NCBI RefSeq assembly: GCF_006345805.1
Contig: NC_042997.1
Location: forward strand, 209,746,001-209,810,000
Reading direction: 5' to 3'
Length of the DNA stretch: 64,000 nt
DNA from: Octopus sinensis
Taxonomy: Eukaryota
The notes below the pieces were generated by a model, which worked only from the letters and a program-made list of their open reading frames with translations, was not told the origin of the DNA and ran no database searches. The translations under genes and the position numbers were made by a program. How positions within the stretch are numbered: the stretch's first letter is position 1; each line of letters starts with the position of its first letter. Below are positions 27,905 to 39,900 of the stretch, one piece after another.

Positions 27905-30900
27905 CCTTCCTGCTATAGACACAAGGTCTGAAATTTTGGGGGAGGGGACTAGTTGATTACATCAACCCCAGTGTTTCACTGGTACTTAATTTATCGACCC
28001 TGAATGGATGAAAGGCAAAGTTGACCTTGGCTCAATTTGATCTCAGAATGTAGCAATAGATGAAATATCGCTAAGCATTTCACCCAGCATGCTAACGATT
28101 CTGCCAGCTCACCAACCTAATAACAATAATAATAAACTTATGTACTTCAGGCACAAGGCCAGAGATTTGGGGTGGGGGCTTGTTGATTACAGTAGCCCCC
28201 AGTACTTGACTCGTACTCTATATTATTCACAGCAAAAAGGTGAAAGGCAAAGTTGGTCTTGATGGAATTTGAACTCAGAACATAAAGGGCCTGAAGAAAT
28301 GCTGTTAAGGCGGTGAGCTGGCAGAAATGTTAGCACGCTGGGCTGAATGCTTAGTGGTATTTCGTCTGCCGTTATGTTCTGAGTTCAAATTCCGCCATGG
28401 TCAACTTTGACTTTCATCCTTTCGGGGTTGATAAATTAAGTACCAGTTACACACTGGGGTCGATGTAATCGACTTAATTCCTTAGTTTGTCCCCTCTATG
28501 TTAAGCCCCTTGTGGGTAGTAAAGAAATAGGTATTTCGTCCGCTGCTACATTCTGAGTGGGCCAGAAGAGATGCTGTTAACCCTTTTGTGTGGTCTGCTA
28601 ATGATTCTACCAGCAAATGAGCTTATTGTGTTGTGGTGGGTGTAAAATGTGTGTGATGGTGTATGGTAGTGAAACGGATAGTGAACCAATAGCTCTCTTA
28701 GTTACCATTGACAAAATATTGGGTTGTCTGGAAAGTTTGCTCCAATTTTTAAAGGCAAGAAAAGGATCAGTAAATACCTGCCATTACATTTTTAATCAAC
28801 CAAATATGAACCATTTTGTTGCACGATGCATCTCCATCTTTCCTTTAATTTGAAAATACCCTCTTCCCAGAATTGAGGTGGTTTCAGGGCAAAGAATTCA
28901 TCAAGGTATGTTTTTGCGTTATCCAAGGAATTGAAATTTTTACCATTAAGACTATTCTGCAGAAACCTGAATAAGTGGAAATCCGAAGGAGCAATATCTG
29001 GTGAATATGGAGGGTGGGGTAACACATCCCAGCCAAGCTGCAGCAATTTTTGTCTGGTTCCCAAAGCAACAAGTGCTAAAAATGAGACTTTCTTATCTTC
29101 CATTTTAAAGGGTTACAGAATTAACTCAGGTTATAGGAACATAAACCTTCTTCCATGAAAAGATAGTTTAAACTGTGCTCTAAATGGAGGTGTAGTCAAA
29201 TCCTATTTTATGGAATCAACCATGTTCTAAATTAAGTCGAAAGGTAAGCTACTATAAATTGGCACCAACTTTCCGGACAACCCAATAGAACCAATAAGAT
29301 TTAATCCTTGTTAATCCTTGTTATAATTTAAAAAAAATTTTTTTCTTCTGTTCAGGATTCTGTATATAAAAAACGAAAGCCTTATCAAGAATTTAGCTGA
29401 TTCTGCAATGGAAGTAACGCAACAAGTGTTCCGCATGCAAAACAAAGAGAGAAAAGAATTAGTCACCCATCTGAAACAGTCCATGACTGACCGAATCCAG
29501 ATTAAAAAATCCTGGCAAGATTTAGTGCAACAACTGACCCACGAGAAGTGAGTATTAGATCTGATGTAAAGATTGTTTGCCAACATAACATGGCAGTCCT
29601 GGTTTAGGATGGATGTTGCTGTAATTTAGCCCCAGGAGACATCGTCTCCAGCTGGCTATACAACACGATCTGTACCCTTATATTTTCAACATTTGTCCTA
29701 AACCAGGACTGCCATGTTATGTTGGCAAATAATCTTTATTCCAAAGTACTGTTGCTGATATCTCTCTCCTTGAGATTTTAAAATAGTAATTTTCTAATTT
29801 ATAGATCTGATACAGTTCTATATTTAAGAGATGAGGAATTATTTACATTTGACAGATATTTGTCCTCATCTTGTTTGTTGTTAACTATGCCATATGCCCA
29901 TGGGCATATGGTGTAGTGGTTAAGAGCACGAGCTACTAACCCCAAGATTCCAAGTTTGATTCCAGGCAGTGACCTAAATAATAATAATAATAATAATAAC
30001 AACAACATTGAAAAATACCTTAGGAATGAGAACCCAAGTTCGAAATTTCCCCAAGACACCTGATGAAGGCTGGAGGGTATATCAGCCGAAATGTGTTAAC
30101 AACAAACAAGATGAGGACAAATATCTGTCAAATGTAAATAATGACTAATAGATCTGATGTGTCATATTATTTGATAAATTCTTCTTGGATTATAGAATTT
30201 GTTGCTTGATTTAAACATCACACTGTCTGGTCCTTGGATACTTCATGCAAAGTCCACTCTTCAAGAAAGCCTCCAGTTTGAGGATGTCTTTGTCACCTGT
30301 TTCAAAATACCTAGAAATGGTCAGAAGTGCTGCTCTTTTCCTCATTACATATTGTTTCACATGCTATCGCATCATATCTGTTATTTAACACATCTCACAC
30401 ATCATTTACTCTGATATCACATAGGTTTTTGGCACTCTCTCTTAAAGTTGGGTTGAAAATTCCTTTGGTATTTTTGGATTTTTCAGCAGGAAACAATATT
30501 GCTACCATCTTTGAGATTTATAATTTGTATCGTTATCTTTTAAATTATTTCTTGTCTTCCATTTATTGTGTCTTTTAATTAGTCAACATCCATTCCCATT
30601 TAGTTCATCCCTCTAACAGCCCCTATTATCTTTTTATTTTCTTCTTTCTCAGGGCCATATGGTTTTGCCCCCAGTCATATCCTCGATCATGGCAGCTAGA
30701 TCCAACAGAAGGACCTTGTCGAATACGAAAGAGAATGCAAAGATGCCACTTGGGTATTTCCGAAAGATATATCAGCCCCAAATTTTGGGATAAGTTAAGT
30801 AAGTATAATTAAATCTTGGCTGTGTGATTAGGGAATTAGGATGAGGGGAACGCTGTTAGTGATGGATATAAAACTATTTTGGAAAAGATGGGAGAAAACT

Positions 30901-33900
30901 CATGGGAGGTTTCTGTTATTCTGACCTCATCAGTGAACTGTACATCAAGAGTTGGCAAAGTGGTCAATATTTATTTCTTTATTGCCCACAGGGGGCTAAA
31001 CATAGAGAGGACAAACAAGGACAGACAAAGGGATTAAGTTGATTACATTAACCCCAGTGTGTAACTGGTACTTATTTAATCAACCCCAAAAAGATGAAAG
31101 ACAAAGTCGACCTCAGTGGAATTTGAACTCAGAACGTAAAGACAGATGAAATACCACTAAGCATTTTGCCCAGTGTGCTAACGATTCTGCCAGCTTGCTG
31201 CCCTATGTGGTCAATATTGACCACAAGGTTATCCAAGGAGTCAATAAACACTTGAAAAGATTCTGAGTAGGAGACCCAGGAAGACATGGATGAGGTGGTG
31301 AAAAATGACCTTCGAATGTTGGGCCTCGCAGAGGCAATGACGAAGAACCGAGACCTCTGGAGGTATTCTGTGACTGAGAAGACCCAGCAAATAAAGTGAG
31401 TCCACAGCTGTAACCTACACCAGTGTTGCATAACCAGCCAACTCAAAAGTACCTTCGATTGTAGGGTGACATGCTGTGCTTGAGGAGACCTATTGAGTCA
31501 AGTACATCAACATCAAAATGAAATCAAATCACAATCAAATGGAAATTGTAGTTGTGACTCCTGTGCTGGTGGCACGTAAAAAGCACCACCCGAACGTCAC
31601 CGCCTTGACTGGCTTCTATGCCAGTGGCATGTAAAAAGCGCCATCTAATCATGGTTGATGCCAGCTCCCTATGGCACCTGTGCTGGTGGAATGTAAAAAA
31701 GCACCCACTACATTCTCGGAGTGGTTGGCATTAGCAAGAGCATCCAGCTGTAGAAACACTGCCAGAGCCAGATCAGATTGGAGCCTGGTGTAACCTCCTG
31801 GCTTTCCAGACACCAGTCGAACCGTCCAACCCATGCCAGTATGGAAAACAGACATTAAACAATGATGATGAAATTAGGGATGTTGTTTGATAAGTTATCA
31901 ACCATTCCTTGAAGATATTAACAATTCAGTGATATGAGAAGTTTGCATTGTAGATGTTGAAGTTGTGATGACTCTCTCAGTAAATGTACCAGAATCTAGA
32001 CTGATTGATGTAGGAATATTTCTTAATTTTAATGTTACCCTGTACATTTTTTTCCTTTTCAGCGGCTGAAAAAGTTGATCCACCATTGCTCTTTCTGTTT
32101 GAAGATGATCACCAAACATCAGATTCTGCTGCCTTGATGTACCGACTCTACACTAGCGAGAAGATCCAGTAAGTATTGAACCCCAAATTTCTAAGAAATC
32201 CACAGATTAATAACAAATCATTCACCACTGGTGCACACACGTCACCTCACTGTTCAATCTGTTATGTTAAAATATGTCCATTATTACTGTAAAAACAGTA
32301 GAGAATTAAGCAGATAATTTGATAGACTGATGTCTGTATGGCTGTCGACCTTAAAGTGCAAGCGTGATTTACCTTTGCCAAATATTGTATACAGTTTATG
32401 TTATGTAAGAGCAAGTGGAAGGCGATGAGAATACATCTCATAGAACAAAGTGACTGGGTTCTGTGAGTTCAGACTACCAACTTTTTACAACTGTGGGCAA
32501 AACTTTCTAGAACCTTTGAAATATAATTTGGTAGGAAGCCTGCATAACTTTTTTAATGCGTGTTGCCATTCACTGATACAAGCCAGCCAATGTTGATTTG
32601 TTTGTAAACATTTATGTAGGTGTTCTGTTCCCCCAGGGCCATTCATACGTTTTATGGTAATATTATTAGGCTGTAAGGCTTAACTGGAAATCTAAGTGAA
32701 GTGGTTCAAATTGAGGTGAAGACCTGCTATAGATTATCATCTATTTTATATACAGGCCGGCTCAAAAGTAGGTTTACAGTTATTCAACCAGAGTAGATCT
32801 TAATTATAAACAAATATGAAACCATTATTCTATGCTAATTTAGTTAATTGTAAGATAGAAATTTAAATGTAATAAAATATTTTAAAAGAAATTTAACTGT
32901 AACCCTACTTTTGGGCCACATATATTTTCTTTTATTATATTAAGGGCATTACTACATGTAAATGCCTCATGCTATGAAGGACTCTTAAAGTCAAAACTAC
33001 CATAATAAATATACAGTATACGGACAGCAAAGGAATGCAACTTGGAAATTGTCTCTTAAAAACAGATTCAACTGCAAACCATATGATTTCATAATTAGTG
33101 CACAAAATGCACTTTTTAATCATCAGTGCAGGCATAATCACGACACATAAAAATGAACAAAGTTCAACATACCAGACGAACACCCAATGTATCCAGCATA
33201 GTATATAGAAAGGTTAACACTTATATGTCTATGTAAGAGGTGGACTTTTCAAATTACATCTTGCTACACATGTATATTCGGAATGGGAGACAATATTGAT
33301 CTCTAAAAGATGGGGACTTTAAGGGTTAATTTTTTTTTTACTTGTTCCAGTCATTAGACCGTGGCCATGCTGGGGCTTTGGCTTGAAGAATTTTTAGTTG
33401 AATGAATCAACACCAGTACTTATGCTATTGGTCCCTTTTGCTGAACTGCTAAGTTATGGAGATGTAAACACACTGACACACACACACACACACGACAGGC
33501 TTCTTCCAGTTTCCGTCTACCAAATCTATTCAGAAGGTTTTAGTGACAGACGCCTGTCCAAGCTTGCCATGCAGTGGGACTGAACCCAGAACCATGTGGT
33601 TGGGAAGCAGGCTTCTTAACAGACAGACAGACAGACAGACACTGATGTTTTATATTGTTTGAAGTAAATGTTTGCTCTTCTTTCTTTGTCTTAGGTTCAC
33701 CTGTGGTTGTACGACCGTGTCCCCGTCATCTGAAAGTAAAGGAGAGTTACTGATAGGTAAAGTGATTTCCTTCCATCATTATTCAGCATTGTCACAGCTC
33801 TTCTCTTCAGTCATCAGTCAAACGTTGTCAGTTTGACTGATGACTGAACAGAACATTTGAATGAGTTCTACAGATGTAAATTAAGGTGTTCTAGCATATT

Positions 33901-36900
33901 GCCAGACGTGAAGGACTGGCAAAGACAACCCAGTAAAGCACTGTGCCAGGAAAGAGAGCAAGGGAGCCTCTATGTGTTTGTTCAATTTGCTCAAAATAGC
34001 AGCCAAATCCCTGTCAAATCATGTTATAGTTTTTAAATAAAATGGATACATTAGACAATCAATATAGTCTCTGATATACTGAAAGACAGGCTGGTCACAT
34101 CTGGTGCCCCTTTGACCATTGGTCATTTTGATCAAGGTGAATCTGGGGCTAAACAAGATAATATTTAGGGTCGAATATCTAAATAAATGCTAAACTCCAA
34201 AACTGCAGCTGTCGTGTGTGCAGCTGCACCATGCAATTAACTGTCACTTAATTAGGGTTAACGAGCTCTTAACATGGTGTTCATGAGATTAGTGCATGCT
34301 GTTTCTGTGTAGTTACCCTGTATTACTGTGTATTCACACACACACACACACTATGCAACCACTCTCATACATACACATACAAACACCTAAGAGACCTAAC
34401 AAGAGAAAATCTCTGTATGGTTGCTCAGCCTGGAAGAAATAGCAGCCAAATCTGTGTCAAACTACACTTATCATTTTGCAAAAGAGACGGACACATTCAA
34501 TATAATTTTGTTCCGAGATAACCTAAAAGAGACAGACATTCACTGCTGGAATGGGTTTTTTTGACCGAACAGACCCAGGGCTAAACACCAATATGCACAT
34601 GTGTAATCATTCGAGAGGATGAAGGGCCAAGATACCGGGTGCCTTGTTGTATTCAAGAAAACCCATCGTCCACAGCAGAATTGTTGATGCAGCTCTCCCT
34701 GCTGAAGGGGATTGACCCACAAGAGCCCTGTGCTGGTGCCACATAAAAACACCTGTGCTGGTGCCATGTGCCAGCACCCTTGCTGGTGCCACATAAAAAG
34801 CACCTGGCACATTCTGTAAATTGGTTGGTGTTAGGAAGGGCATCCAGCTGTAGAAACCAAGCCGAAACAGCCTGGAGCTTGGTGCAATTCTCTGGTTGGT
34901 CAGCTCTGGTCAAGCCGTCCAACCCATACCAGAATGGAAAACAGACTTTAAATGATGATGATAGTACACTCACTCACGCACACACACGTATGGTATACTA
35001 ACATATTTCCTGTTGTATCATTTTCAGGTGAACGAAATGTCTACTTCGTGGCTGATGTGGCTGTATCTGACATGAATTATACTCAGGTAAGAACAATCCC
35101 CTACTCTCCCTCCTTACTCACTTTCTTCCACCACGGCAACGATTAATTTTGAGGGAGGGAACCAGTCAGTTAGTTTTGGGAGAGGCAACTGTAATCGACT
35201 ATTCCCCTGCCCCAGTGTATCACTGGTGCTTAATTTATCAGCCCCAAATGACGAAAGGCAAATCGACCTTGACAGAATTTGAACTCAGAACCTAAAGACG
35301 GATGAAATTCCGTTAAGTATTTTGCCTAATAATTCTGCCAGCTTGCCACCCTCAACATATGTAATAACACCACATGCTTCCCATGTGATTCTGGGTTCAG
35401 TCCCACTGTGTGGCACCTTGGGCAAGTGTCTTCTACTATAACCTCAGGCTGATCAAAGCCTTGTGAGTGAATTTGGTAGATAGAAACTGAAAGAAGCATG
35501 TCGTATATATATATATATATATATATGTGTATGTGTGTGTATGTGTTTTTGTCTGTGTTTGTCCCCCACCTCCCCAACGCTTGATGATTGGTGTTGGTGT
35601 GTTTATGTCCCCATGATATTGCAGTTTTGGCAAAAAAGACCAACAGAATAAGGACAAAGAAAAAAGACGTAAATAAGTACTACTGGGGTACTAATTCGTT
35701 TGACTAAAAGTTCTTCTAGGTGGTGCCCCAGCATGGTCGCAGTCTAATGACTGAAACAAGTCAAAGGTCAAAGAATGGAATATAACAAAGGATTATTAAT
35801 TGGGTTTTATCTTTTGATCTTTAACTTGTTTCAGTCATTGGACTGTGGCCATGCTGGGGCACTGCCTTGAAGGGGTTTTATCAAGTAAATTGACACCTGT
35901 ACTTATTTCCTTTTTAAGCCTGTCTTTCGCTGATATAGGGATGTAAACACACCAACACCAGTTGTCAAGTGGTGATGGTGGGGGGAACAAACACAAGACA
36001 GGCACATATACACACACAATGGGCTTCCACACAGTTTCCGTCTACCAAATTCACTGAAAAGGTATTGTTTGGTCAAGGGTTGTAATAGAAGACATTTTCC
36101 CAGGGTGCCACACCCTGGAACTGAACTCCAAACCACATGATTGCAAGACAAGCTTTTGAACCATGCAGCCAAACCAGCTTTTAAAAGGACATTGCATTGG
36201 CCAAGAAACTGTGCAACAGTATTTGTAACAGGGATGCTGTTACAAATTGTAACATAGATTGTAACACAGTCTTTAAAGTAGATTACGGGGTTGTCTTAAA
36301 AATGAAGGACTATATTGCACAGTTCAGTCTTGGATATGATATTCCTGAAAATAAGGTATGTTGGTCATGGCTGGAACATCAGTCTATAAATATTTAAAGG
36401 GTTGAAAGTTAAAAGCTTTGTTGGTTGTTCTGCCTCTTTGGTAATTCTATAAACTAGTAATTCCATTTTATGTGTAGGATATGTTGGCATTAGGAAGGGC
36501 ATCCAGTTGTAGAAACACTACCAGATCAGACTGGAGCCTGGTGCAGTCTTCTGGCTTCCCAGACCCTGGTCGAACCGTCCAACCCATGCCAGCATGGAAA
36601 ACGGACGTTAAACTATGATGATGATGGTGATTATGGTTATGGGGAAATTAAGATAACTTTTTTAGACTAATTATGATTTAAAACTAATTATGAATTCTTG
36701 ATAATCTCTAACAGGTGTTGCTTGGCAACAAAGATCAACTTTCCATGACGTGGCCACAGATGGATATCAAAGAATTTCTTCCACGTTGGTACCAACTAAA
36801 AGACGTTGGCCTCGAAATCTTTTTAACAAATGGCAAAACCTGTTTACTGGCATTCAATTCTACAGAGGTAAGTCCTTATATTGTCCCAATTGTTTTTATT

Positions 36901-39900
36901 TGACTTTGGTTAGCTTTGCTGATGGTCAGAAGATGTTTTGGCACCCCCCCCACTCTTCTTCAGTAAAATGGAAGGGTCAAGGTTTTAACACATCCTGCTA
37001 TTGATGTCTTGTCTGTATTTCAAATTTAAGCTGTGGAGAAACCTTTTTATTTTTGAGCACAGTCTGGGCCTCCACCTCAGGCACATCGCCTAAATATTTG
37101 TATAGAACTTGGTTAGGTGGTTATGTGTGTTAGTGTATGTCTAATTGATGGATTCCAAATCAACAAAGCTTTCCATACAACAGCAAATATATCATTTGTT
37201 GTTTTATAGAGCAAGGTTTAAGAAGCCATGAACTATGACTCGGTATCCCCAGTTGGCAATGGTTTGAGACATCATTCATAGACCAATGGTGTGTTGTTTT
37301 CACATGCAGTGTCCGTAAGGAGAATTTTTCTCTCTGGAGACAATTCCTGTATCATATATCTTTTCATGTTTGAGTGTGCATAAACATGTTAAATCTTATT
37401 GTACACACCTATGTCTCATTCAACACTGCTTCGTGCTCCTCTACTTAATTCCAGCTTGGCAAAGCTCTGCACACACCAGCAAATGCATCATTTGCTGTTC
37501 TAATATAGAAACAAGCTATTAATGGCTATGAATTACAACTTGGGATCTGTAGCTGACAATATGCAATGATACAGAAATGCATCTGTCCCATGGTCAAATG
37601 ACATCACTCATACCTCAACACTGTGTCTTTTACTTGTTGTCTACAACACTTTAGCACTCAAATTACTCCGTCAAAAATATTGCTTTTTATTCACATTGTT
37701 TTGAATTAATCATGCATTATCTTGTAACTTCAAGATTTTAATGGTGTGATTGTTTATATTTAGAATGGCATTGAAGGGTAGGTGTGAAAGGTTAAATCTG
37801 ACCACTTACAAAATAAAATAGAATAGAATATTTGGGCCAGATTATGGGATGAGGAGAGTTTCTCTGTCTTGAGACAATTTCTGCAGTGTATGTCTCTCCA
37901 TGTCCGAGTGCACCTGACCCTGTTAAATGTAATTATACACACCTATATTGTATTTGTGTATGAGAGATTCTCATGTGGTTGATGTTTAATTCATGTAGTA
38001 TAGGCTAGGTGGGAGTTGTATGAAGGAAGGATTTGGGAAAAATGTACGGCACAGTTGTAGGGTCAGACAGCATTATAATGATGAGAGGGCACATTGGCAG
38101 GGGTTGTTTATAGTTCGATAGTTCTGAGAAACAGAAATTGTAGCTGCAAAGATGGGTGAGATACAGACAAGACACAGCAGATTGTGGGGTCGTGTTTGTG
38201 GCAGCCCTCTTTTGTTTTGGGCCTACAGCCAAATGTGTTGCTCCATATTTTAAGACAGCAAGGTCTGATTTGAGAGAATTTTTACTTTTTAGATGACCAC
38301 ATAGTGACCTCTTTGTTGGCTCCAGTAATCTAATGGTTGTCTTATGTAGGATTAGTTGAAAGGCAACAAATAATCGATGTTGAGGTGTTTTTTGCCCCCA
38401 AAGTGGACATTTAGGGTTTGAGGTGTGTGTGTCTGTGTTTTATTACTCTTTTACTTGTTTCAGTCATTTGACTGTGGCCATGCTGGAGCACTGCCTTTAG
38501 TCGAGCAAATCGACCCCAGGACTTATTCTTTGTAAGCCTAGTACTTATTCTATCGGTCTCTTTTTGCCGAACCGCTAAGTTATGGGAACATAAACACACC
38601 AGCATCGGTTGTTAAGCGATGGTGGGGGGACAAACACAGACACACAAACACACACACACACACGTACATATAAATGATGGGCTTCTTTCAGTTTCCGTCT
38701 ACCAAATCCACTCACAAGGCTTTGGTCAGCCCAAGGCTATAGTAGAAGACACTTGTCCAAGGTGCCATACAGTGGGACTGAACCCGGAACCATGAGGTTT
38801 GTAAGCAAGCTACTTACCACTCCTACATTTAATTTTTTTTTTGCAGGAACGCAATCAAACCATGAAGCAGCTTGAAAACGTGGAACTTCCCAATTTGGTG
38901 AAAGGTGAGAACATGTCCAGTATCCAGCAACTGTGGGGAAGTGGACGCATGACAAATTTTGAGTATTTGACTCTGCTGAACAAGATCGCTGGCCGATCCT
39001 TCAATGACCTTATGCAATATCCCATCTTCCCATTCATTATCAGAAATTACGAGAACGAAGAATTAGATTTGTCTAATCAATCCCTCTACAGGTAAGTACA
39101 ACTTAGATTACTACTACTACTACTGCTTTTCCTTCATCATCATCATTATTATTATTCTGGCGTTACTATTACTATTATTATTATTATTTGATACCTTATT
39201 TTGCTGGGTATGACGGAAAATGTCAGGTGCCCACATTCAGTAGACTAAAGTGACACTTTTTTACAGGTGTAACGGAGAAAGAAGATTCAAACGATAAGTT
39301 GAATAAGCAAAGATTTATTCCTCTCGTTATAAAAATAAGATTGTCAAAAGAGAATAATGGTTATGTGAGTCTGGAACAAGGATTGAAATGACTTCAGTTC
39401 TGCTGGGTGGCTAATGGTCTGCTGTCTGTTGCGGTAATGATGAAGACAAGAGAAGGCCGGTTGCAGAGAGCTGCGTGACAGGCTGGATTTCTGGTTCATC
39501 AGCGCTGGTCCAAAGAGATGTGGTGTGTGGTCAATGGCTACTGCCAAAGACAAAATGAGGCAGAATGCAAGGGCTTTTATAACACTGGGTAGGCCCCAGA
39601 GACAAAGTGGTCTTTCCTGCGTTGAAAACAAACTGTTGGTAAACACGTGATTGGCCGGTTAGTAACTGACCAATTCATGCAACTAGTTTGGGAAGCCCCA
39701 CTGGATCATGTGACTCGATGGAAAGAAAAGTTCTGCTGAGCCCATTCTTCGGTATTTAAGCTTAAACAACCAAACATAATAAAAGCATTAAACACTTCTG
39801 CTACACTAGTCGTGCTTCAAGAACCCTGCGAAGACTTCTTGCAGTTCCAAGCAATGCTGATTTTCTTTAGGTGTCCTACCTTTGCTTTTGTACCAACCCT

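Noticed and set aside
29905-29975. Family B, G and other SINE heads as real tRNA genes
   Set aside because: No acceptor-stem closure; they run directly into SINE bodies.
30890-30935. Minus-strand CTGATGA..GAAA
   Set aside because: Stems I, II and III do not pair adequately.
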